The position numbers and the translations under genes were made by a program. This document shows positions 10,409-19,663 of a DNA stretch of 64,000 nucleotides, one piece after another (positions within the stretch are counted from its first letter, which is position 1; each line of letters begins with the position of its first letter). The notes beneath the pieces were generated by a model that did no database searches, was not told the DNA's origin, and saw only the letters and a program-made list of their open reading frames with translations. The DNA is from Syntrophales bacterium (GTDB lineage Bacteria > Desulfobacterota > Syntrophia > Syntrophales > UBA2210): NCBI GenBank assembly GCA_963662405.2, contig CAXXKT010000001.1, positions 288,001 to 352,000 of the forward strand. The letters run 5' to 3'.

Positions 10409-11122
10409 CTACATATTAATGCTTTGTGACGGTCTCTCATCAATTCCTTCCTGTTGCTCGTTTATTCTTTCCTGTGGAGAAACGATTGTTCCTGACAACC
10501 CATATTCAAGGATGATATTTTCTTCGGTCTCTATGTCTTTCAAGATCACGGACACTTTCCATCCTGAGAGGTTATTTATATCTTCAGGAACATGAAAGCA
10601 TATTAGGCCTTCTGTTACTCCACCAGCAACAAGATTGCCGCCTTTGAGCATTCGCGATTCATAATCTGCCTGTATTTTTTCGTTTGTATTTGAAACATTT
10701 ATTGCACTTGGAATTGCGCCAATACAGCCAAATGCTACTCCCCAACCAGCTGTTCTGAAAAAACTTTTTTTTGCTTTCTCAACTACTTGTTCTGTTGACA
10801 TTACAGGGCTTCTAGTTCCGGTGGGATCGATTAGATTAATGCCATCAGTGTTAAAAACGACCGTTTTCCCATATGATTTGTTTTGTATATTTATTTGAAC
10901 TGGAAGTACGCTATATAGTAGTAGATCCTCATCAAAGTAAGTTTTTAGTTCTGATTTTAAGTGAAACACCTTCACCATAAGAAAAATCCCATTCTGTTCA
11001 ACTGCATTTTCTTGCGCCTTGAGATCAAAAGATAAATCTGGCTGACGAGCAGCGTTATGCGAGGAACAACCTGGAAAGGAAAGTACCATCAAGCAAATCA
11101 GGAAAAAGTTTTTCAACTTCAT
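10409..11122 (-). CDS. Hypothetical lipoprotein
   Basis: AGGAGG SD; lipobox-like FPGC. Confidence 0.75.
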   Translation of the reverse strand: MKLKNFFLICLMVLSFPGCSSHNAARQPDLSFDLKAQENAVEQNGIFLMVKVFHLKSELKTYFDEDLLLYSVLPVQINIQNKSYGKTVVFNTDGINLIDPTGTRSPVMSTEQVVEKAKKSFFRTAGWGVAFGCIGAIPSAINVSNTNEKIQADYESRMLKGGNLVAGGVTEGLICFHVPEDINNLSGWKVSVILKDIETEENIILEYGLSGTIVSPQERINEQQEGIDERPSQSINM

Positions 11123-11243
11123 CTTTTCTCCTCCTTAGTGCTCATTGGATTGTGAATCCTGCTTCCTTAAACCTTAGTCGATTAGATTAATGTTTTTAAC
11201 TATAAGCATGAACAAGTAATATAAAAAGTTGGTGATGGGGCAT

Positions 11244-11458
11244 AAAAAAACCCCATCTCTCATTTTGAGAAACAGGGCTTTGATGATCAGACCATAATCC
11301 ACTCCTTGGTTACAGCTGTTCACAAGCAAAAAGAATCAAGATCAAAATCGCTACTTAGTTAGCTCTATGATGATGTATTGTCAAGATATTTTACGATGAG
11401 ACTTTCGAACGGTAATCCCCAGTAGTGCCCCCTGATCAAAATCATTTGTTAGTAGGTG
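11244..11458 (-). promoter_or_regulatory. Conserved leader L, copy A (TTGACA, structured segment, terminator)
   Basis: Homologous to 18354-18563 and 28688-28899. TTGACA at 11384-11379; terminator hairpin plus U-tract at 11278-11244. Confidence 0.85.
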
Positions 11459-11485
11459 TAACAAATGGCGAGAGAACATTGCTAA

Positions 11486-11722
11486 TCATTCATCCTTGTG
11501 AATGGCATCAGCAAGCATGATCAGTCTCAGAAAATACTCGGGATCCACTTGAGCCGCTTCATACTGCTGGCGAGCCATCAGATGTTCGTTCTCTTGGTAG
11601 AACTGCTCCACAAGCTGCAGGTACTCTTCCCTTCCCTCCGTGAAATCTTCACCCTTAAGGCTTTGCACCTTTGCCAGGATACCCAAGGTTTTCTGCAACA
11701 TATGGGCTGTTTTTTCGGGCAT
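11486..11722 (-). CDS. Hypothetical protein
   Basis: ATG ORF with GAGGA upstream, 78 aa. Confidence 0.55.
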   Translation of the reverse strand: MPEKTAHMLQKTLGILAKVQSLKGEDFTEGREEYLQLVEQFYQENEHLMARQQYEAAQVDPEYFLRLIMLADAIHKDE

Positions 11723-11905
11723 AAAAAAGTCCTCGATTTAGGAGATGATGGGAGTAAAATTTACTTCAACGCCTCCTGATCATGGAAGTGTTTGCCTGGC
11801 AGAAGCCCCGGAATTTCAAAAACCCTCTTCAGCCTGGGGTTTCTGTGTGTTTGACTGATACCATCTTTCCACATACAACACTCATGGCGCTGAGAAGTAT
11901 CTTTC

Positions 11906-12088
11906 CTATGCATTTCGTTTGCTCTCATACTCGGCCTGGACCTCTTTGAGCTTGGAGTAAAATTCCTCTTCCGAAATGATGCCTTTCTCAATAAGAAGTT
12001 GGGCAAGGGTATCTGTCTGGATTGCATTGATCAGAACAAATTCTTCAAAGGATATTTCATTCTCTTTGGATTCCGCTTTTTCTGTCAT
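11906..12088 (-). CDS. Small hypothetical protein
   Basis: AGGAG SD; follows the nuclease gene as if co-transcribed. Confidence 0.65.
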   Translation of the reverse strand: MTEKAESKENEISFEEFVLINAIQTDTLAQLLIEKGIISEEEFYSKLKEVQAEYESKRNA

Positions 12089-12106
12089 CCACTTCTCCTT
12101 AATAAG

Positions 12107-12943
12107 TTAATTGAAATTTGTCTCAGCCCAACTTCTATGTATTGCTCCTTCAATCTCTTCTTCCTTTTCGTCGGGAAGGGTTCTTAGAAAATCAAGACCT
12201 GTTTTTGTCTCAATGCTATTGATCGTAGAGAGATGATCGATTACTGCATCATTTCTCGGTGTCTCTTGGTCAAAGATGAAGCTTGCCGTCCGGATGGAAT
12301 CGATGTCCTTGTCTGGTTGTATCACGATGATCTTCCAGTAGCCCGACGGAATCTTGTGACTTTCATCTGCTCCGGGTAGGGGTGTCATTTCTCTTTCATA
12401 TAGCGGCCCTGTCATCACATAAACAACATTACCTGCCCTCGCAAGGTCACGCACTTTTTCTTCAAGCTTCTTCCAGGGCCCCTGGTTGAGGCTTGCCTTT
12501 TGTGGGGTTATATTTGAAAGCATGTTTGTATCAGCCCATTGCTGTGTTCCCTTGAAGCTTGCCAAAGGAGCCTGATGCCCCCGGTCTACATGCAGGGCAG
12601 CATGTGCGCCCGTATAATCCAAAGGTTCCAATGTCTCACCATCATCCAACCACGGATCAGCTTTCCATTGCCTTGAGGTTTCCACGTCTCCGGTGACGGT
12701 TTCTTTATCGAGACGATAGCAGACCCAATCTGACATTTTGGTCACATCATTTGATGACAGTGCGTAGATATCACGTATGATGAGATCATTGCTCAGTGGG
12801 GTGCCGGTTGGGTAGCCGTGGATGAAATGCTTGCAGTGTATCTCGGGATAGTCGACAGCTTGGACGCCAGGCGGGGAAACGAATATGAGAGCAACAACAA
12901 AGAGACACGTAAAGATGCAAAAAAATGGTTTTCGAGCACTCAT
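12107..12943 (-). CDS. Secreted DNA/RNA non-specific endonuclease (NucA/Serratia nuclease family)
   Basis: Signal peptide; DRGHQAP, SNITPQ, LNQGPW and IPSGYWK motifs. Confidence 0.9.
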   Translation of the reverse strand: MSARKPFFCIFTCLFVVALIFVSPPGVQAVDYPEIHCKHFIHGYPTGTPLSNDLIIRDIYALSSNDVTKMSDWVCYRLDKETVTGDVETSRQWKADPWLDDGETLEPLDYTGAHAALHVDRGHQAPLASFKGTQQWADTNMLSNITPQKASLNQGPWKKLEEKVRDLARAGNVVYVMTGPLYEREMTPLPGADESHKIPSGYWKIIVIQPDKDIDSIRTASFIFDQETPRNDAVIDHLSTINSIETKTGLDFLRTLPDEKEEEIEGAIHRSWAETNFN

Positions 12944-12956
12944 TGTAATCCCTCCT

Positions 12957-13304
12957 TTAAAGGCTTCTCCTTACTCTCTTCATGAAGGCGCCAGACCTGC
13001 TCTGAGTGGTGCATGATGTCAATTCGCCGTTGAGCTTGGCCCGCGCCTGTGAGGAGAATTTGAAAGAAACAACCCTCCGGGGTTCAATGATGATATCCTC
13101 TCCCGTTTGCGGGTTCCTCCCGTTTCTGGCTTCCTTGTCGATGAGGAAGAATTTCCCGAAGCCACTGATCTTCACTTCTTCACCCTTCTCAAGAGATTGC
13201 TTCATGATCTCCAAGACGGATTCTACCAGCTCTTTCGATCTGCTCTTAGGAAAGCCCAACTCTATTTCGATTAATTGAGCGATATCTTCTTTTCTCAGGG
13301 CCAT
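12957..13304 (-). CDS. Integration host factor alpha-like protein (island copy)
   Basis: VKISGFGKF...GRNPQTGE...RRVVSFK; start reassigned to ATG 13304 after AGGAGG. Confidence 0.85.
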   Translation of the reverse strand: MALRKEDIAQLIEIELGFPKSRSKELVESVLEIMKQSLEKGEEVKISGFGKFFLIDKEARNGRNPQTGEDIIIEPRRVVSFKFSSQARAKLNGELTSCTTQSRSGAFMKRVRRSL

Positions 13305-13335
13305 GGGAAAGATACCTCCTTTTACGATAATGTTG

Positions 13336-14607
13336 TTACGACACGCGGGGTAGCTGGTCCCAGTTGGTGGTATAGGAAGGTGAGCGCCACTCGGCCACCG
13401 TTTTCCATTTTTGGTTTGTAGTGGAACCCGTGGCGGCGTATCTGACTGTATTCGACCCGAATCGACGGTTGATACTGTCGAAGGCTCGCATGATCTCGTT
13501 GGAGTGTTTCTCTCGATTTTCAGCAAAGAGCGTCATCTGGGTATGGCTGTCGGAGGTCAGATCTCTGAAGACGACCCCTGCCTTTTTGTACCGGTACCCC
13601 TCCCGGTAGATCATGTCGAGAGCCTTGTGCGCGTACCGGATCAACTCCGTGGTGTTACTGGTGGCAAAGGGGAGGCGTATGGTCTCCATGTTGAAGAACC
13701 GGGATTCGCGGTGGTAGGGATTGGTCATCAGAAAGACCACGAGGATATTCGCCTCGAGGTGTGCCGCCCGCAGCTTCTCCGCCGCCCGGGATGTGAAGGC
13801 GGCTACCGCCTCGCCCACATCGGTTCGGCCCCCCAGAGGATGCTTGAACGACCGGGAGACGGTGATCTCTTTCTTGGGTGGTGGAGACTCTTCCAAGGGG
13901 TAGCATGATGCCCCTCTGAGCTCCTGGAGGATTCGAAGGCCATTTACCCCCATCTTCTTTCGTATTATCTCTTCAGGGGCATCACGAAGCTCCAGGGCGT
14001 TATTGATGCCAATGCCTCTGAGAAATGCAGCATACCTCCGTCCGATGCCCCATATGTCTCCTACTTCTGTCATGGCCAGAGCAGGAGACAGGTAGGGTGA
14101 ATCTGTCAGATCCAGAACTCCACCAGCCTTTTGAGATTTTTTAGCGATACGGTTCGCTATCTTCGCAAGGGTTTTGGTTTTCGCGATGCCGACGGAGACG
14201 GGGATGCCGGTCCACCTCCGGACCGTGGAACGTATCGATCGGCCGTAGTCGGTCAGACCCCGTCTCCGGAAGCCTGACAGGTCCAGGAAAGCCTCGTCGA
14301 TCGAATATATCTCAATATCGGGGGTGAAGCGCGAGAGGGTCTCCATCACCCGCTGTGACATATCGCCGTACAGGGCGTAGTTGGAGGAATAGACGTGCAC
14401 ACCGTGGGCCTTGATCAGGTCCCGAACCTTGAACAGGGGGACACCCATCCCGATACCGAGGGCCTTGGCCTCGTTCGACCGGGCAATGATGCAGCCGTCG
14501 TTGTTGGAAAGAACCACAACGGGCTCTCCTGTAAGCCGGGGATTGAATACCCGCTCGCAGGACACATAAAAGTTGTTGCAATCAACCAGTGCAAAGGTGG
14601 GTGACAT
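13336..14607 (-). CDS. umuC: DNA polymerase V catalytic subunit (Y-family)
   Basis: [30 protein letters not shown] and SPSYTT.W motifs. Confidence 0.95.
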   Translation of the reverse strand: MSPTFALVDCNNFYVSCERVFNPRLTGEPVVVLSNNDGCIIARSNEAKALGIGMGVPLFKVRDLIKAHGVHVYSSNYALYGDMSQRVMETLSRFTPDIEIYSIDEAFLDLSGFRRRGLTDYGRSIRSTVRRWTGIPVSVGIAKTKTLAKIANRIAKKSQKAGGVLDLTDSPYLSPALAMTEVGDIWGIGRRYAAFLRGIGINNALELRDAPEEIIRKKMGVNGLRILQELRGASCYPLEESPPPKKEITVSRSFKHPLGGRTDVGEAVAAFTSRAAEKLRAAHLEANILVVFLMTNPYHRESRFFNMETIRLPFATSNTTELIRYAHKALDMIYREGYRYKKAGVVFRDLTSDSHTQMTLFAENREKHSNEIMRAFDSINRRFGSNTVRYAATGSTTNQKWKTVAEWRSPSYTTNWDQLPRVS

Positions 14608-14624
14608 GATCAATACCGATGATA

Positions 14625-15050
14625 CTACAACGGATGGATTACGTTGGTGACCACGCCCCATACTTCGAAGTCCATCTCTTCTTCGATCTGGAGGGGCTGG
14701 TACTCCCTGTTTTCTGAAATCAGGACCACCTTCCCCTTGGTGACCCGGATCCTCCTCACGGTCAGTTCACCGTTCACCACGGCAATGACGACCTTCTTAT
14801 CAACGGGCTTGAGGGAACGGTCGACGATCAGGATGTCTCCGTCGTGGATTCCAGCATCGATCATGGAGTTTCCTGTCACCTTCACGAAGAAGGTCGCTGC
14901 GGGGTGCTTGATGAGGTACTGGTTCAGATCGAGGTTCCCCTCGATGTAGTCTTCCGCGGGGGAGGGAAATCCCGCCGAAACCGGTACCAGAAAGAGGGGG
15001 CGCTTACATTCTGTCGACTGGTCCGGTTGGTATATGGCTGTTACTTTCAT
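14625..15050 (-). CDS. umuD: DNA polymerase V subunit / S24 autopeptidase
   Basis: [19 protein letters not shown] and WGVVT motifs; adjacent to umuC. Confidence 0.95.
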   Translation of the reverse strand: MKVTAIYQPDQSTECKRPLFLVPVSAGFPSPAEDYIEGNLDLNQYLIKHPAATFFVKVTGNSMIDAGIHDGDILIVDRSLKPVDKKVVIAVVNGELTVRRIRVTKGKVVLISENREYQPLQIEEEMDFEVWGVVTNVIHPL

Positions 15051-15273
15051 GGCTGCGTATCATATAAGATGTGTTGCCATTTCTCAATCGGATACTTGAT
15101 TCATGTTCCGCCTACCGTGAGTCACGGGTTGAAACTCCCCTGAGATGAGCTTTCGCCTTTTCCCCCAAATAATTGCCTTACAACCTTAGCAAACTACCCG
15201 TAAATAGCTTGCGCGACAACCTTCAAACGATTATGTTTCTATTCAAGGCACATCCTTTTTTCGGGAGAAGAGT

Positions 15274-15645
15274 ATGAACAGAAAACCAACCATTACCATT
15301 ATGGCAGATTACGGCAATGGCCCGTATGCGTGGATACGAGAACTGGGATCGCCCGAACGCTCAATTGGGCCATGCCTTGCCGATGCTATCTGTGGATTTC
15401 CTGAAGAATTCGGTGTTTCCAAAGAACTTGAGAAACAATTTGCTGAGTGGGTCACAGAATTTGAAAGAGACTGGAGAGATCACAATATTACCGATTGGGA
15501 AGAATGGAACCAGCGGGGAATAGATCTTTCCAAAAAACTCAAAAGGGAATTCGGAGATAAATTCCTTGTGAAGTATCACTATCCTCATGAAGATCCGAGG
15601 TTTGATGGCGATCCGCCACGTTTTGAAATAACCGATCAAATATAG
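15274..15645 (+). CDS. Hypothetical protein
   Basis: GGAG SD, ATG, 123-aa ORF with protein-like composition. Confidence 0.65.
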   Translation: MNRKPTITIMADYGNGPYAWIRELGSPERSIGPCLADAICGFPEEFGVSKELEKQFAEWVTEFERDWRDHNITDWEEWNQRGIDLSKKLKREFGDKFLVKYHYPHEDPRFDGDPPRFEITDQI

Positions 15646-16462
15646 TTGTCACACCTATCGCCGTCTCTCTCCTACAGGCTTCTCCATGGCTGCTTGGGAC
15701 ATCGGCATCTTGCGAACACACTCGTCCTTCAGTTTCCACTCGCCGTTTGTGTTTTTTGACGAGTCTTGAATACCAAACGATCCCGTCCTTTACCACACTC
15801 TCAATATCGGCTGTTTGTTTTCCTCGGGTATATTGGTCTCCATTTTTGCCATATGGTTTAACTCCTGATCCTTCTTCGGTGACAATATTTTCAATCCTCG
15901 CTCCCACACAAGAGAAGGTCTTGAACGGTATGCCAAGGAACTTCTAGGAGATAGTCTTAATCAGCCCGCCTTAGAGGTTGTCGAAAAGGCTTCTGACTTT
16001 CCCTCTGATACGCTCGATAATGCCAATGGAGCTTATCGGGTCGGGACTATGTACCCGGTTGCGGAGCAGATCACGTTCCCGGAAGATGCAAACGAAGTCA
16101 CCTTCCATGGACTTGTCGGCCACTTCGGATTGCGTGGTTTTTTCGGTTTGGCCCTCAACGATGCTCTTCTCGATATCCATACGAACAACCCTCTCGTAAA
16201 AAAATATGCGGCAGAAAGGAGGTGTAGGACCGATCTGGCCAGTAGATGAGGCTTCACTTGAAACCACGAATGGAGCATGACAAGTGGGCTCCAATTGCCC
16301 ACGGTGAGAGGCTCCACCCGAGGCTTCATGAATCCTGTATGCTATGATCGCCAGATTGTCAAGGCGGCAGATATTTTGTTCTCACATGGTTTTGAATTTT
16401 TGCGAGGATCCATTTTCATCCTGCCTTGCTTGTGCGATCTTCGTCTGTGATGCAGTAGTTGG

Positions 16463-16738
16463 CTACTCTTCCAGGCTGTCCAGGAATTCCGTCATGTGGG
16501 CTGTCGAGATCTCCCTTGCTGTCATCTTCAGCATGTTCAGAGCCCTCGCCCTCTCGATCGGATCCTCGGGCAGATTGTTCTTCTGCACCATCTGATCGAA
16601 TATCGTCTCTTCCTGCTCGATCGCCGTCTCCACCGTCTCGGTCAGGAAGGCTCCCATCTTCTTCTCTGCCTTCAGCGCGTCCCCCGCCTTCGGGTTCGTT
16701 TTCTCCAAGTGGGCCTTGGCAATTTCCCTGTAACGCAT
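16463..16738 (-). CDS. TnpV-like hypothetical protein
   Basis: Helical pattern AHLEKTNP...EETIFDQM...RALNMLKMTAREI resembles TnpV-family proteins (recognised by eye). Confidence 0.5.
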   Translation of the reverse strand: MRYREIAKAHLEKTNPKAGDALKAEKKMGAFLTETVETAIEQEETIFDQMVQKNNLPEDPIERARALNMLKMTAREISTAHMTEFLDSLEE

Positions 16739-16996
16739 CGTTCTTCCCCCTTACTTCTTTTTCGGATAGCTTTGCTTGAGAGCTTCCTCGTACAAGCGCC
16801 CGCTCTCTTTCAGCGATGCGGGTTTCTGCTTCTTGGATATGCTCCTCTGTGAGCTTCGCGTCTCTTTGAGATCGTTCCCCTCTTTCTATACCATGATAAG
16901 CAATCCCCGTTAATTTGTAAAATATAGATTGGTCTGAAACGATGATATTGCCGTTCTCACGAACAAAAACAAGAGCATAGGACGATGAGGGGTGGA

Positions 16997-17119
16997 GTTA
17001 ATGATTATTGAAGTAACCGTATGGGATTACTTCAATCATAATTTTATCAAGTTCAAGAAGAACAGTACAACAAGGGAACAGTTCTGCCCCTCCTACAGCA
17101 AAACTCCTACCTTTCACCT
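16997..17119 (+). repeat. Conserved element E, cassette-free copy
   Basis: gttaatgattattgaag...cttcaatcataattttatc...acctttcacct; aligns with 22943/24240-24353. Confidence 0.85.
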
Positions 17120-17134
17120 TGTGTTCTAAAAGAA

Positions 17135-17330
17135 GATCAGGGGGTATAAGAGACCTTGAGACACTGGGGTAAAATAGGGGAGAGTGAATCTGTATTTCAC
17201 CTGATGCCAGAGAGCATGATTTGTAGAGTAGATCCTCTTCCCACAGCTTTGTTCAATAACTCGTACGGTATCATAAACCTTCTCAGATGGGAATGAGTTT
17301 GCACTTGCAAGGTTGATTCGAACGAAGCTA
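17135..17330 (+). ncRNA. Predicted IS110 bridge RNA (ends approximate)
   Basis: Target-loop guides ATTTCACCT (17195-17203) and GTAG (17224-27) match the empty site tttcacCTac. Donor-loop guides ACGGTATC (17266-73) and TGCAAG (17306-11) match the end junction ACGGTATCT/TGTG. Confidence 0.8.
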
Positions 17331-17372
17331 TTTTACTGGAGATTAGATTAATGTACGAGGGAGTATTGTAGT

Positions 17373-18341
17373 ATGTCAGTATCGGTTCTTGGGATAGATA
17401 TCGCAAAACAGAAATTCGACGTTGCACTTCTTGTAGAGGGGAAGACAAAACACAAAACCTGCAAAAATACGGTGGAAGGTTTTGAGACACTGACGATCTG
17501 GCTGGAGAGACAGGGAGTTCATAAGGTACATGCCTGCCTTGAGGCGACCGGCAACTATGGAGAGGAATTGGCGATCTATCTCCATGAAACCGGCCATGTG
17601 GTCAGTGTTGTCAATCCCGCTCGCATCAAAGGGTTTGGCCAAAGCGAGTTGATTCGCACCAAGACAGATAAGATTGATGCGGGTTTGATTGCCAGATTTT
17701 GCTTGGCTATGAGACCAGATTCTTGGAGTCCGCCCTCACCGGAGATAAGAGCCCTGAGAGCATTGGTCAGGCGGGTTGACAGCCTGATCGACATGCGAAG
17801 TAAGGAGAAGAATCGGATCAGGACGGCACATGAATCAGTCATCCCATTGATCCAAGAACACATTGACTACCTTGGCAAAGAAATAGAGAAGGTCAGGAAT
17901 CAGATCGCCGATCTGATTGATCAGGATCCAAACCTGAAAAACAAGAAAGATCTTTTACTTTCCATTCCCGCTATTGGCACGGCAACCATTCCTCACATCC
18001 TGGCAGAATTGGATGATCTGGACAAATTCAGTCATGTGCGCGAAATAGTGTCATTCATTGGGCTTGCACCACGGGAAACACTTTCCGGATCGTCTATTAA
18101 AGGCAAACCAAGGTTATGTAAGATCGGACATGCTCGACTCAGAAAAGCTCTGTATATGCCTGCACTGGTATCGATCCAATGTAATCCCGTTATGATTGCT
18201 TTTTATAATCGCCTTAAAGAGAAAGGAAAAAACGGGAAAGTGATTGTCTGTGCCATAATGAGGAAGCTGGTGCACCTTATCTTTGGAATCCTGAAATCCG
18301 GCAAAAAGTATGACCCAAATTATAAACCAGCTTTCGCTTGA
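17373..18341 (+). CDS. IS110 family DEDD recombinase/transposase
   Basis: GIDIAK, LEATG, KTDKIDA, GLAP...SGSS and LRKALYMPA motifs. Confidence 0.95.
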   Translation: MSVSVLGIDIAKQKFDVALLVEGKTKHKTCKNTVEGFETLTIWLERQGVHKVHACLEATGNYGEELAIYLHETGHVVSVVNPARIKGFGQSELIRTKTDKIDAGLIARFCLAMRPDSWSPPSPEIRALRALVRRVDSLIDMRSKEKNRIRTAHESVIPLIQEHIDYLGKEIEKVRNQIADLIDQDPNLKNKKDLLLSIPAIGTATIPHILAELDDLDKFSHVREIVSFIGLAPRETLSGSSIKGKPRLCKIGHARLRKALYMPALVSIQCNPVMIAFYNRLKEKGKNGKVIVCAIMRKLVHLIFGILKSGKKYDPNYKPAFA

Positions 18342-18353
18342 CAAGAACGGTAT

Positions 18354-18563
18354 CTACTACTGCTCAGAACAATCCCAAAAGAAAAACGATGATTACTGAT
18401 TGAAAGTCTCATGGTGAAATCTCTTGACAATACATCATCATAGAGTTAGCTAAGTGAAAGTTTGATCTTGATTTTTTCTGCTTGTGAAGGGCTATACCAA
18501 AAGGTGGATTATGGCCTGATCATCAAAAGCCCTATTTCTAATAAAGAGAGATGGGCTTTTTTT
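18354..18563 (+). promoter_or_regulatory. Conserved leader L, copy B
   Basis: TTGACA at 18424-29; SD-ATG-GCC-TGA at 18511; terminator 18529-18563. Confidence 0.85.
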
Positions 18564-18611
18564 GTGAGTAGCTTAGAAAATATGGGGGCTACTTAAACGC
18601 AGAAAACACTG

Positions 18612-19657
18612 TTAGGCAATTAAGACAAAATGGATTTCGACCAACTTAGACGCGATCTTCAATGGCTTCGAGGTGAGGACGGTGTCGTTCCAGCCAAAGA
18701 AGCAGTGAATGTATTAAGCCGACTCCTCGGCCCACTACTGGCAGAGGAAGGCTTGAATCTTTTTGAGCCAGATGGCCCAGAGTTAGGCGTCGATTTATTC
18801 GCCGGTCCTCGTGACGATGACGACGATGGGGTTAGATATAGGGCTTCGGTTGCAATAGAATATAAGCATCACGGCAAAGGGAAGCCGATTGATGTTGATG
18901 CGATCGATCAACTTACAGCAAACATAGGTAAAAGCCGATATGACCGAGCAATGCTGATTGGGCGTTTTGGCTTTACCGAAGCTGCAGTGCAAGCGGCACG
19001 TTTTCGAGAACCTGTAGCTATTGAGCTTTTGGACCTTGCAGGAATCGATGCTTGGATTCGGCGTCTGGAGGTTGGAAAGCCCGCATATGCAGAGCAAGTA
19101 CAAGTCTTGATCAAGTCAATCAGCCATGAGTTTGCAAAGCTTGTTTCCGAAACGCCCGATGCACTTGATTACCTCGAATGGCGCGATCTAGAACGGATGA
19201 TGGCACGTGTAATGGAAGGTTTGGGATTTGAATGCGAACTTACACCTCCGAGTAAAGACGGTGGTAAAGATCTGATCCTGGTTTGGAGGACAATTTCTGG
19301 TGAGCAATCCTTCATTGTTGAACTAAAACACTGGAGGTCTGGTAAACGTGTCGGAAAGAAGTCAGTTTCTGATTTTATGAGTGTAATTGTAGCCGAGAAT
19401 CGAACTGGAGGCCTGTTTTTATCCACATCAGGCTACGCTGCCGACAGGACAGAGGGGTTGACCGAAGTTACACGTGATAAACTGTGGTTTGGAGCGAAAA
19501 GCAAAGTAGTCCTTCTTGCGAAAACATACATTCGAGCGTGCAATGGGTTGTGGTCGCCACCGGATATTTTGCCAGAGGTGCTTTTCGAAGGGACAGAAAC
19601 AGCCTAACAAGGCTCTTTCAGCGGATCGCAAAAAGCCGCGCCCGCTGAAGAGCAGCG
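18612..19657 (+). mobile_element. Integron-type gene cassette 1 (1046 bp)
   Basis: 5' core G^TTAGGC (18611-17) is complementary to R'' GCCTAAC (19602-08). Confidence 0.85.
18630..19607 (+). CDS. Restriction endonuclease with two Mrr-like PD-(D/E)xK domains
   Basis: GVDLF...IEYKH and DGGKDL...VELKHW motifs; stop codon lies inside the attC. Confidence 0.8.
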   Translation: MDFDQLRRDLQWLRGEDGVVPAKEAVNVLSRLLGPLLAEEGLNLFEPDGPELGVDLFAGPRDDDDDGVRYRASVAIEYKHHGKGKPIDVDAIDQLTANIGKSRYDRAMLIGRFGFTEAAVQAARFREPVAIELLDLAGIDAWIRRLEVGKPAYAEQVQVLIKSISHEFAKLVSETPDALDYLEWRDLERMMARVMEGLGFECELTPPSKDGGKDLILVWRTISGEQSFIVELKHWRSGKRVGKKSVSDFMSVIVAENRTGGLFLSTSGYAADRTEGLTEVTRDKLWFGAKSKVVLLAKTYIRACNGLWSPPDILPEVLFEGTETA

Positions 19658-19663
19658 TTGGGT
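19602..19663 (+). repeat. attC site (62 bp)
   Basis: GCCTAAC aag gctctt(t)cagcgg...ccgctgaagagc agc GTTGGGT. Confidence 0.92.

Larger units (their letters stand above)
17118..18355 (+). mobile_element. IS110-family element (IS621-like) between CT cores
   Basis: Cores CT at 17118-19 and 18354-55; long non-coding left end; short right end ...TTGACAagaACGGTATCT; no TIR or TSD. Confidence 0.85.

Noticed and set aside
11416..11437. gatcaggggg...actgggg similarity between L-A and the IS110 left end
   Set aside because: Too short and low-complexity to claim an IS remnant.
17169..17195. Other possible IS110 left cores (acaCTgggg, gaatCTgtat)
   Set aside because: Only the CT at 17118 gives a target and donor that both match the guide loops.
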